The notes under the pieces: model-generated | What the model saw: the letters and a program-made list of their open reading frames with translations, nothing else | Database searches by the model: none | Told to the model about the DNA's origin: nothing | Program-made: the position numbers and the translations under genes | Shown: in pieces, positions 1 to 11,121 of the stretch | Layout of the letters: each line of letters starts with the position of its first letter | Position numbering within the stretch: position 1 is the first letter of the stretch | NCBI GenBank assembly: GCA_965202585.1 | Contig: OZ241827.1 | Location: 72,044,001 to 72,108,000, forward strand | Origin: Thalia democratica | Taxonomy: Eukaryota | Direction: 5' to 3' | Length of the DNA: 64,000 bases

Positions 1-60
1 AAATGCTGAACTTTTTTTTTATTGTTGTCAGCATTTCCATTATTTACAACAAGTTGTGTA

Positions 61-600
61 GCTCTTTTTCAGTTTTGTGCTCTGAATCTTTTATGGGTGT
101 GGTATTTTTATTTATGAGGTGACTTTTAAAAGTATGTTAATTGTACTAGCCCCTATTGTATCTTAATTATTGTATCCCTATGTTAATTTGACTAAAATTT
201 ACCCTTAAATTCTTATATTAATTTAAAGCTTTAAACCAAAATTTTTAATATTTTTTTTCTATTGACTATAATTGCTTTGAGTTTCATATGGGGTATTGTT
301 ATTGCTTGTGTGATTTGTATTGTCGTTAGAAATGTTCTGTAGTTAAGTATCTTCATGAATGGTGTATAGCCTAATAGCATTACCAAGGGTAAGTAGCAAA
401 ATTTATCTCTATCTTTACTACTTAACTGTTTGTTGAAGGATTAGTTGTTCGAAATATTAAAGGATGCTAATAAGATATGGATGTTGGTACACTTAATTTA
501 TTGGTACTACTCAACATGATTAATTTCTACCTTATGTAATTACTGTCTTGTAAATACTATATTGCATTTGAAACTACTTTATATAAATCAGACAAGACAG
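61..600 (-). mobile_element. Possible highly decayed LINE (CR1/L2-like) APE endonuclease remnant
   Basis: Minus-strand translation gives stop-riddled fragments (GLKL*INIRI*G, IQ*GLVQLTYF, KYHTHKRFRAQN*KRA). These only loosely follow the NIRS...DIIGLSETW...R..KRGGG order of APE domains. Weak. Confidence 0.2.
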
Positions 601-1676
601 TTTGAACAATGTAACTATTACAAAAAAAGTTTCACAAAACACTATTACAAAATCTTTATTTAAAAAGTATAAGTTACTTTTAGAATTTTTATAAACCACT
701 TGGAAAATGATCTAAATTAATAAAAAAAAACCTTTGACTGTATATAGTTTTAGTGTAGTAAACTATATAAAGTCAAAGAACTGTTAAATATTTAAATATA
801 CTTTAAAAACTTTATAATAACTAAATATAGCTTTAATAAAAAACTATAGTGAGCACCAAACTATGAAAGACCTAATAAACTGTTAAACATTTAATTTCAA
901 CTCAAATATTAAAATCAATTAACCATACAATTTAAACATTGACTTTATATTTAAATTTCATAACATACAATCTAATGAAGTTTTAGAATAACTATTTAAG
1001 TAAATCTTTCTCTTAGCTACACAATACACAACTGATAACATAAGTCTATATTTTTATTATGTTTCTATGGAACCTTATCAGTATTTTCACACCTCGGTCT
1101 GATTGGCTCATTAAGTTATGATTTAGTGATTAAAAAGTTTACTTCCGTATATGGTCTTTGTTGTCTGGCTCTGAATATTTGAAGTTTAAAATAATGAATC
1201 ATGCAAGTAAATGTTGCTTTACAAATTCTTCTTAAAAACTAATTTTCGAATCAGTGCTTAGTTCTAAGAAAAAACTTAACATAAAAAATATGACATGAAT
1301 AGAAATGCAAAGTTAAATGAGTAATTATGGTACTCCATTTTTTCATACGAGCTCTATCTCTCTAATGTACTAGTCATTACATAGTTTTATTTAGTCTACT
1401 AGTTTAAATTCTGCTAATTTGTCATCTCTGCAAAAGTGACGGCTATTTTAAAAGTGACACTTAGTGCTAAAATGAAACCCTTGTAAAAACAACAAATCTA
1501 TACATCACGGCTCAAAAGCTTAAAATAATACTTATAACATCGTTCTAAAAAACCGACTAACACTGCAACAAACTTCTAAAATGTGCACGGATGTTCGTAA
1601 AACAAGAACAACGTACAAATTGATGCGACTAACACTTTTAAACCGAGAGCCTTCACGCTTGACCAGTCTCTCCTCT

Positions 1677-2074
1677 CTAAATAATTAAGGACTCCATCAG
1701 TTTACCCACATACTCTTCTGACTTTCGAGTTAGCCTAGGATCATTTGCTAACATAAAATCGCCAAGTTTGTCATGCGCGTATTGAAAAAGTTGTATGCTT
1801 GCATTTCTGCTGCTTATGTTTGACACAGTTTTTAATGCCTCCCACCTGCGAATAAAGGCAAGCCATCTTCCTTGGCTGATACCCCGGTCAACTCTTGGCC
1901 GAACCAATTGCATTCGGCATTATAACAGCATTTGATGACCCGTAAGTCTTTTCACGTTCCTTTTTTTTGCAGACCAAGATGTCAGAAAACTACATCACAT
2001 GGTTGATCTGGCATTTTGTAGTTACACCCTTCAGTTGTGCATTTTATTAATTGTTAGTTTGTAAGTATTGCCAT
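1677..2074 (-). mobile_element. Degenerate Ty3/gypsy-type LTR retrotransposon Gag N-terminal fragment
   Basis: RPRVDRGISQGRWLAFIRRWEALKTVSNISSRNASIQLFQYAHDKLGDFMLANDP...KLMESL matches the RPxVDxGISxExWxxFxRRWxxF...QLFQCA...LGD Gag motif. It is preceded by a frameshifted CTTEGCNYKMPD N-terminus (ATG at 2074). Truncated; no pol and no LTR identified. Confidence 0.7.
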
Positions 2075-3159
2075 TGTAAGTTTGAAAAATTCTTTATGAA
2101 AAAAAAACTCATTTATGAAAAAACAAACAATTAAGATACTTTATTACCAATAAAAAACAATAATAACTATAAACACACATATATAATATGCAGATTAATT
2201 ATAGTAAAATTAGCTAAAGTTCAACTATTTTTGACATAGCTTACATATGAAGTTATTACTTTTACAAAAGTTAAGGTACTGTAAAAATCTATTTCGAATA
2301 ACTCCGGTCTGTTATGTACAAAACTCTGCCGTATCTGGTCCGCTGAATATAAGTTGCCTAAATTTAAAAAAAATTATATAAACTTATATATGAAAGAGAA
2401 AAATTATACAAATTTATAATACTAATTATGAAAAGTATTGGTTTGTCACTTACAGAAGAAAGCTCATTTTTATGAAAACTTATGAAGTTTTATTGAACAA
2501 AAAGTTCACCTTTGTTAATTAGTCAATCATTTTTGTACTGTATATGGCAACACCGAAACGGAAACAAATGTTTGTAAACCTCCATTAAAATTTTCCAAAA
2601 CACTGATACTGTGAATTTGTTTATTCTCGATAGTTTACTTGTGTTCTTTACGGAACGTCTTATTTCAAGTTAAATTTGTTTGTTTCTTTAAGTAAAAACT
2701 AGTATAAAACAATACAACAATTTTTGCTCGCTTTAAGTGAACGGATTCCGATTCGTTTTAGGGCAAAGTATGTCGAAGCTAGTTATCTGCAGAATCCAGA
2801 TCTTTTTTTTTAACTTAGGGTTTGGCTGGAACCCAATATTAATGAAATACACCAAAACCCCTTGGATCCGGATAATAAAAACTGATAGATCACTAGCCAC
2901 AAGTCTTTATGTTGTAATAAAGTCTTAATGTTAATATCTTTTATGTAGTTTTAAAACAAACCAAAACTTTTCCTTCATTTTAAATTACATCATATATGTT
3001 TTCATAACTAAACACTGTTGTTAAGTGTTTAATAATTTAATAAGATACCAATTTTTTATATCCAATAAGTCTACTGAAAGTCTACTAAGAGTAAGCTCGA
3101 CAAGCTTAAAGTCTTTCAGCGATTGTGTTTTCATCAATGTTGTCTTTATTTATTCACAG

Positions 3160-3709
3160 ACTTGACGGAGTGCTGAAAGGAAAGGTCGATGTGCGTTACT
3201 ACACTCCGGGGCCTCGGATCAAAATGTACGACAGCTTCAAAATGCTCCTCTACTGCGAAAGACAAGTGGACTGGCGCCACTTCAACTTCAACAGCGGGAG
3301 GGTGGAAGCAGATTACTCTAGCGCCACCTACAGGGACTTCGGTGGCGACTCCGAGTGGCAGGAGGACGAGCTGGACGAGAGAAGGGAGAAAATAAACAGG
3401 CAGGCCGACAGCAGGTTGCGAAAGTTCACGAGGTTGGAAAGCGAAGGTCACAACTTGCGAACGGCGGAGTCCTCCTCCGTTTTCGAGCTGCTGTACTTCC
3501 AGCCCGATTTCGAGGGCAAGCTCCCCGGTTGCCCGGACTGGCCCGAAGATGACGTCATAGAGGAAAGCGTTTTGGAAGACAGTAACGAGGAAGATGATGC
3601 GTTTTTGGCAATAATAGCGAGCAGGAAACGACCCAACACTTCAGCTTCGGATCCTATTCCTTGCAAAGTTCCAAGGCATCAACCGAAAAACAAGCCGAAC
3701 AGGGGCACT
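3160..3709 (+). CDS. Exon encoding MBD-like domain 1 plus conserved extension and basic linker
   Basis: Acceptor tattcacag|, donor |gtaagc. Translation (R)LDGVLKGKVDVRYYTPGPRIKMYDSFKMLLYCERQVDWRHFNFNSGRV aligns with MBD2 [48 protein letters not shown]. The exon is visibly GC/CpG-rich against the AT-rich flanks. Confidence 0.8.
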
Positions 3710-6700
3710 GTAAGCAAGAATGTTAGTATTTATTTCTTTTTCTAATGTTTGTAGTATTCTAACTTAATTATAAGTTTAGATTATAAGTATAATTTTAATT
3801 TAATGAATTTGTTTAGAGCAAGTGTTTCATTTTCTTTTGCTAACTGATTATAACTACAGATAAAAAAGACGCCTAAAGAAAACCCAAGCTTTGTCTCCAG
3901 AGTACAAAATCTTGAAGGGTGGACTCGTCATATAACGTACAGGTTGGTAGTTTCAAAGTCTATAATATTTATATGTTTTATACGTCAAGTTTTTTAGTTA
4001 TAAAACTGTGTCAGGTCACTAGTAAAGTTTAATAAATAACGTAAATTTATTAAACTTGAAGTACAAAAAAGCTAAAAAATAGCCCTTAAATAGCTGTCTA
4101 ATGAAACAATAACCAAAACACTTTAGTTGCAAAGCTTTCGTCCTTTATTTAGAACATTTTCAATGCAAAAATACGGCTTATTCAAATAGAATATCATATG
4201 TTTAAACACTTTATTAACAACCAAAAATCTGTAACGATAAGAAGTATGAATACAAACACAAATATATGATATTAACAGTGTACACCAATATATAGTTAAC
4301 TGATCTATAGTTCAATTTTGCTACATTTCTGATTTTTTAATGTAGTTTAAGTTTAGTTTTATCTGAGCTTTAAAAAAAAAAATTCACAAATAAAAAAAAT
4401 TTAGATTAATTTACTTTTTAATTGTATTTTTATCAGTTACTGCTTCTTCAGAGTTTACTATACTATTAAAATTTATCATTCTGTCAAAAAACCTAAAAGG
4501 AATACTTAAATATTACAATTATGTAAAATATCCTTTGACTTAATTAACATTATAGAGGCAATTTAACAAACAAGGCTTTAAAGTTTAATGACAATGTTAT
4601 AAACAAATAAACACATTTCTATCAAAAGAGCTTAGAATTTTACAGTCAATTTTTATCAGGAACACTTGCGTATTTTACCTACGTAGTTGCTCAAGCTAAC
4701 GCTGGAAACTCAACAAATAGTTTTGATAAGGGTTAGCTGAATACAGTTTACCTGTTTGCTTAATAACAATTTTTTTGAATAGGTCATGTCTCTAATTTCG
4801 TTTTATATCTGTAGTATTAAAAAATTATATAAGTAGTTTCAGTGCGAAACGGTAAAAACAATTTTAACATTATACCAACAGGGTCAATGGCGAGAGCAAA
4901 GGAGCAACCGACGTGTATTACTACACCCCCTACCCAGAACTGAAGAGGTATGACTCCTTGAAGGAGATGATCTACTGCGAGCGGGGCGTCGAGTGGGAAA
5001 ACTTCGACTACAAGTCCGGAACGTTCACGCAAGATCGCGTCCACAGGACCTTTGAAAAGTTCGGTGGCGATGAAAATTGGCAAGATCCGGAAAAAGAAGC
5101 GAGAAAGAAGGTGATTGCGTTGCAAGCGAGGAAGCGGATCGAGAAGTTTGAGAAGAAGAGTCGAAAAGAAGGGTTCGTGTTCGACGAGAACAAAGCTACC
5201 GTTTGCGAGCTGTTGTGGCACACTCGGGGAAGATTTGAAGGAAAGCTTCCGGGAAGGCCAGACTTGCCTGGAGAAGGTTCGTCAGAAGCTTCTAGCCAAA
5301 GTGTTAGCGATGGCGATGAGGAGCTAAAAGAAGAGCTGATGTTAGATGAAAGTGATACAGAAACATCGGATAGCGAATGTGTTGCTCCTGAAAAAGAAGC
5401 AGAAGTTGTAGATGAAGTTAGTTTAAAAGGTTCGTTAGAAGCTTCTAGCGAAAGTTCTAGCGATGGCGATGAGGAGCTAAAAGAAGAGCTGATGTTAGAT
5501 GAAAGTGATACAGAAACATCGGATAGCGAATGTGTTGCTCCGGAGAAAGAAGCAGAAGTTGTAGATGAAATTAGTTTAAAAGGTTTCTTAGAAGCTTCTA
5601 GCAAAAGTGTTAGCGATGGCGATGAGGAGCTAAAAGAAGAGCTGATGTTAGATGAAAGTGATACAGAAACATCGGATAGCGAATGTGTTGCTCCTGAAAA
5701 AGAAGCAGAAGTTGTAGATGAAGTTAGTTTAAAAGGTTCGTTAGAAGCTTCTAGCGAAAGTTCTAGCGATGGCGATGAGGAGCTAAAAGAAGAGCTGATG
5801 TTAGATGAAAGTGATACAGAAACATCGGATAGCGAATGTGTTGCTCCGGAGAAAGAAGCAGAAGTTGTAGATGAAATTAGTTTAAAAGGTTTGTTAGAAG
5901 CTTCTAGCAAAAGTGTTAGCGATGGCGACGAGGAGCTAAAAGAAGAGCTGATGTTAGATGAAAGTGATACAGAAACATCGGATAGCGAATGTGTTGCTCC
6001 TGAAAAAGAAGCAGAAGTTGTAGATGAAATTAGTTTAAAAGGTTTGTTAGAAGCTTCTAGCGACTAACTTACAACTAATTTAAACAACTAATTTAAAATG
6101 TTATTGATTATTTCTTTAAAAAAATTAAACTTAACTTTTAACTATCTATAACCAATCAAAGACCTTTTCAAAGTGCTAATTGCATTCGAGAAGTTTTGAA
6201 ATCCTTTTTAAACCCTTTTTTTCTTCATCAAAAAAAACAATATTTAAAACAACTATCTATACAGAGCCTAATAACATGAACGAAACGGTCAAAACAAACA
6301 TGGATCATTCCGATTCTGATTCAGAACGTGAAGATTCCTTTGAACAAATGTCCTATTCAGATAACTTTTCATCTGAAGATGAAGAACTACAGATAGTCAG
6401 ACCACAGAGTAAACTTTTAGGTCAGTTTTATTTAAAAGTATATTGTAACCTTTATTGAAATGTCTATGTGTCAAATGAATTTTAAATGAGCTTTTATTAC
6501 TACACGTTTCTGTTTGATTTCAGAAGAATCAATTGAAAGTTTAATGTAGCCTGTGTAAACTTGTAAAGATTTTAACTGTTACAGTATATAAGATGAAATA
6601 AGTGTGCATGATAACAAACAATGCGCACATAGATTAAATTTTATTTTGTTTGACTGTTGTTTTATTTTATATTAGACTTATTTGAAAATTACTGATGTTT

Positions 6701-9700
6701 CATTTAAAAATTTGAACTTAACTTTTAATATTTTTAACCAATCCAAAACCTTTTCAAAGTGCTAAATACAGTCGAAACTGTTTGAATATTGTTTGAAAAT
6801 ACTTTTTTTTTCTTTATCAAAAATAAAACATTATCTATAACAACTATTCATATAGTGCCAAATCACATGAACGAAACGGTCAAAACAAACATGGATCAGT
6901 CCGATTCTGACTCAGAACCTGAAGATTCATTTGAACAAATGTCCGACTCAGATAACTATTCGTCTGAAGATGAAGAACAACAGATAGTCAAACCAGAGAC
7001 GAAAAATTTGAGTGAGTTTTCTTAGAAAATATTTCAACGATCTTCGTTTTATAATTTAAGCATTAAATAAATTTTGAATTAGCTTTTATTACTTTACGTT
7101 TCTGTCTGGTATCAGAAAATTTAATTTATAATTATACGTAGGCTGTGGAAACTTATCTAGCTTTTAGCTCTTACAATAAATAAGGGAAAAATAAATGTGT
7201 ACAAATTACAATGCGCACAGAGATTAAATGTTAACTTATTTGACAGTTGTTAAGTTTGTATACGTCTTATTTAACTTTTTAAAGGTTTTTTAATTAGAAT
7301 TAAAATTTAGCTTTTAATTATGTTAAACCAATCAAAGAACATTTCAAAGTGCCAAATGCAGTGTTAGTACGTAGTATATTTGAATATTGTTTAGAAACAC
7401 TATTTTTATCTATAGAAAAAACACTATTTAAAAAACATTATACCCTACAGTGCCGGAACAAGTCGAGGATGAAAGCGCGGCTGCAGTCCAGTTCACAACA
7501 GTGTTCGCGGAAAGGTACTGCAAAACCAACCCTGGTCCTAACTTTCTCGCAAAACCTTTCGCAGACGCCATTGAAGCAGCTTTCGGAGGGTCTCCTTTCG
7601 AACCAGGAAGGAGGAAAGGACTAGGTAAACTAATGTCAATATGTATATCACAACTATATTAACTCAATTCTTGTTTCAACTTTGAATCATCTCAGTAAAA
7701 ATATTCTGATTCAGTATATTTTTATTTACTAATCTGAGTTGAAATTAATTAAAAATTACATAATTTTTTATTTTTTTAAAGTTCAGTTAATGTTCACTAA
7801 AATATACCATAAAAAACCAGAATCTCCTTTAGTTACAATGCATTGGTACTTATATTAATCTGATAATATTTACTATATATATATAAATCTTACTTATTAC
7901 ATTCTTTAACACAGCACTCTACCTGCACCAAGAAGACAACATCGACTCTCATGTATTTTGCGAGCAGAAGCTGTGCCACCCCGCCCTAACCCGTCACCTC
8001 AACAAAAATTTTGTGTGCACAGCATTCGATATGACCACCCCACACAATAGAGAAAAGTTTGCTTTTAAATTATATTATATTCATTGCTTTTTATCGCTTA
8101 TTTTCAAAATATCGTTTGCTTTATTTCAGTTTTATTTGTTAAGCTGTTGAACATAACCGTGCGCCTGTCATTAATCACGAGTTTTTTGTTTCCGAATACT
8201 CGATTAAGATCTCGTTATTCAATTTCGATTTCATCTGAACAGGTTTCTAGCCATATGCAAACCTAAAGATTACCAAATTCACAAGGCAGTATTGGCAGTC
8301 ATAGAAAAAGAAGAATATCCTGTGCTACTTTTAATGAGCGGGGGAACAGGAACAACGAATCCTATAGGAAAAATTGAAAGTAATTATTTTACAGATTTTG
8401 TTTTTATTTATATCATAACAAACTAAAAACAACACCTCTTCAACATTAAAACAACAAAAAAGTGATTTTGTCATCATTAACTTGATAAAACATTAAAATC
8501 TTAAAATGACTTTTTGTTTTTCAGTATAAAGTCTCATAATTGAAACAAACTGTATAACTTTGGAATTTAACAATTTTTTTTTTAACTTGCTTGTTTGAAC
8601 TTAAACAACCATTTATAGTATGTGACTTAAAGCAAAGGGTCAGGCAACATTTAAAACTAGGGTTTCCCAAACTCGTTTTCATATACGCCAACTCGTCTAA
8701 AATAAAATAAAAACCTTTGATCACGAATTGACTGTTTTCGGCCGCTGATAGCCTGAACATCCCATATATGGTGTGATATCGCCCACTTTAAGAGACCATA
8801 ACAAAAAATTCTAAATTCTCCTTGTCCGATTCATTTTAATTTGTTGTGCAGGTGACAATACAAATGAAGAAATTGAAAATACTGTTGCAATGACAAAACT
8901 GTTTTTGGAGGAAGACCTCAAGCAAGAAAAAGAGTTTGAGGTTAGTTTTAAATAACTTATACGTAGAGCAGTGTTAGAAAATTTCGTTTACATGTGTTTA
9001 TCAATATTAGTATTAATCTTTGATTGTTTGAAAATTTAAGTCCTGCTATTTCCGATAAAATAAAAAATCTTGTAGTTTTAAAGTTATCTGTTTGAAGTTT
9101 TTTTTTTTAACAAGAATTTCATGTCTTTAAGGTCAAGAATGTTAAAACATTGATTTTTACTCAAAATGTTTTCAAACAAGACATTAAGAAATTGACTGCT
9201 CACACTTGAGATGTCAAACATCAGTAATAGCTTGCACCAGTTGAAACTAAAAATCTATCAATAATAATTTAACGAATTAACAAACAAAGTCCAAAAGATA
9301 TAACAACCAAACTATCAATAATTTTTGCAGGGGCCGAGAATGGTGAGACGCCAACAAGACAAAGAATACAACGAGTCGCTGGCAATCGATCAAGCGAAGG
9401 TCAGTTTAACTAGATTAGATAAAAATAAGAGCTATGTTTCGCTCTATTGCTGTGTTAGTTACTTTAACTTTCCGTAAGTTAAACAGTTTACTAAACTTAT
9501 GTGATTAACAAATAACCGAATCAACGCAATCTACAGATAAGTTTGTAGTATTTGAAACTTCTTTATAGGTTTGTAGTAAAAAGAACAAAAAAAAATCTAT
9601 AGCCACAGTTGAGTACTATTAAAATGTGTTATGCTCTCAAATACTAACCATTTTTGCAAAAAAATTAATAAAATTTGTGTTTTTTTACTGAAACATAGGC

Positions 9701-10886
9701 CAGGAAAAAGCAGGAGGAGAAAGAGAGAAAGGAAGCCGAGGAGAAGGAGAGGCAATTGAGGGAGCAACAAGAGAAAGAAGCGGAAGAGTTCAGGGAATCT
9801 GAAGTTTCCAGACTCAAGTCCTCCCTACCCGATGAACCTCCTCATGCAAATAACGTTGGTTTCGTTTCGAATAGAAATTGTTATAATTGCATGTTTCTAT
9901 CGTGATTTTACAAAGTTTTGTTTAACATAATTATAAAATCATGTAGTTATTTTGTAATTGCTATTAAATTTCAATTTTTCTTGTTAAATTGAATTACTAT
10001 TGTTGCTCCCTTGTAGTTGAAATAAAATAATAATTTTTTTTGATAAACGTTAAACTTTGGGTAAAGTTATACTTTACTCTGTAGTATATAAAATTGTTAC
10101 ATTTTCAAGTATTAAAAGCTATATTAAAACATTACAAAAATTTTGTTTTATTTCAAACAACTAACAACTAGTTAGTATCAGCTACTTTACAAGCATCTAA
10201 CATGTTTTCAGGTTTGCACGATAAGGTTCAAGCTTCCAACCGGGTCGGGAGGTTTCTTCACCAGGAGGTTCCTTCATGAAACCGACACGCTGCAGTCAGT
10301 TTACCATTTTGTCGGATCTCAGGGATACATTCAACAGGAGTACGACGTTTTCAGAGCTCATCCCAAGGAAAACGTGAGTTTAATTTTTATTTTCTAAGTT
10401 GTAATGAGTACAGTTATACTTTTGTACATTTCTCTAAATTTTTATTATTGAAATTTAGGAAGGTTATACTCTTCATAAGTTTATAAGTAAGCAAATTAGA
10501 ATATAAAAAAAATTCTATTTATTTATAGTCCGAAATCAAAAGTTACAAATACTAAAATTTTTAATGGACAATCCTTACAAATAATTTTACTCTATTAGAA
10601 GTGAAAGCTTTAAAATAAAAACAGCAGACTTCAATCTAATATGAACTTTTAATTTTTAAAGCACAACCTTATTTTCTGTAAAGTTTTATACTCAATTTTT
10701 TTTTGTTTTAACTTTCGCAACAAGATTTAAACGAATCGATAAACTTCAATTCAATACAAACATTTCGCTTTTAATTTACAAATTTTTTTTTTTTTTTTCT
10801 AGCTTTCGCAACGAGATTGCAACGAGACGATCAAAGAGAGCGGCATCGGAAAGAGGGAACAGGTCATCGTTGAAAAGAAGCAGTAG
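3160..10886 (+). CDS. Predicted multi-exon gene, 5'-incomplete: 2x MBD-like + acidic repeats + FAF1-type UAS-coiled coil-UBX
   Basis: Hand-built exons with AG/GT boundaries and matching phases: 3160-3709, 3860-3942, 4882-6041 (or ending at 5276), 6265-6420, 6856-7011, 7451-7624, 7915-8056, 8243-8379, 8852-8940, 9331-9399, 9699-9854, 10212-10373, 10803-10886 (TAG). No in-frame stops across the joins. The link between the MBD half and the UBX half rests on the phase-1 donor at 6042 or 5277 and is not transcript-proven. Confidence 0.7.
3860..5276 (+). CDS. Two exons (3860-3942, 4882-) encoding MBD-like domain 2 plus conserved extension
   Basis: Spliced translation LEGWTRHITYR|VNGESKGATDVYYYTPYPELKRYDSLKEMIYCERGVEWENFDYKSGTF. 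It is collinear with MeCP2 [22 protein letters not shown] (GWTR, R, G, S, G, DVY identical without gaps). A phase-2 intron splits the Arg codon. Confidence 0.85.
5285..6061 (+). repeat. In-frame 153-bp (51-aa) acidic tandem repeat, 5 full units plus a stub
   Basis: gaagcttctagc recurs at 5285, 5438, 5591, 5744, 5897 and 6050. Unit EASS[QEK]S[VS]SDGDEELKEELMLDESDTETSDSECVAPEKEAEVVDE[VI]SLKG[SFL]L; ORF open throughout. Confidence 0.95.
6120..7450 (+). repeat. ~590-bp intron+exon tandem duplication (two 156-nt exons plus a third homologous intron end)
   Basis: Exons 6265-6420 and 6856-7011 both encode PNxMNETVKTNMDxSDSDSExEDSFEQMSxSDNxSSEDEExQIVxP. Upstream intron text (aaccaatcaaa...ttttcaaagtgctaa) recurs at ~6150, ~6737 and ~7327. 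Confidence 0.9.
7451..10886 (+). CDS. FAF1: FAF1-like UAS domain, coiled coil and UBX domain (8 exons; p97/VCP adaptor module)
   Basis: VQFTTVFAERY...ALYLHQEDNIDSHVFCEQKLC...AFDMTTPHNREKFLAIC (UAS), then VRRQQDKEYNESLAIDQAK and an E/K/R coil. The UBX part reads SLPDEPPHANNVCTIRFKLPTGSGGFFTRRFLHETDTLQSVYHFVGSQGY...HPKENL...ESGIGKREQVIVEKKQ*. Closer to FAF1 than FAF2 by eye; probably a divergent paralogue, so the symbol means FAF1-like only. Confidence 0.9.
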
Positions 10887-11121
10887 TGATGACGTAGCTG
10901 TTACGTCACGCGTCATACTGTGACGTCATAACAACTTGGTTTTTAGCAAAACCCAAGTTTAACGTAGATATTTTTTATTTGCATCCTGGTATTTCAAAGC
11001 GAATATTTTTTGTTGCGTTTCTGATGCATTTAACTTTTAGGAAATGGTTTTTTAAATAATAAATTGTTTATAGTTAAGTTGTTTTTTTAATTTCATTATT
11101 TATGTTGTTTTAAGTGAAGCA

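Noticed and set aside
2535-2580. ATG GCA ACA CCG AAA CGG AAA (MATPKRK) as the gene start
   Set aside because: It would need an extra phase 0-2 exon and none convincing was found; it may be promoter sequence.
2737-2928. ORF with FGWNP as the missing first exon of MBD-like domain 1
   Set aside because: No donor in the required phase with an Arg codon, wrong spacing after GW, and the region has MITE-like ggatccgg/gatcacta ends similar to ~39557-39660.
5008-5910. 300-aa Ser-rich minus-strand ORF (and 4817-5221 -, 3146-3451 -, 3448-3666 -)
   Set aside because: Antisense shadows of the GC-rich exons and the 153-bp repeat; no independent motifs or splice support.
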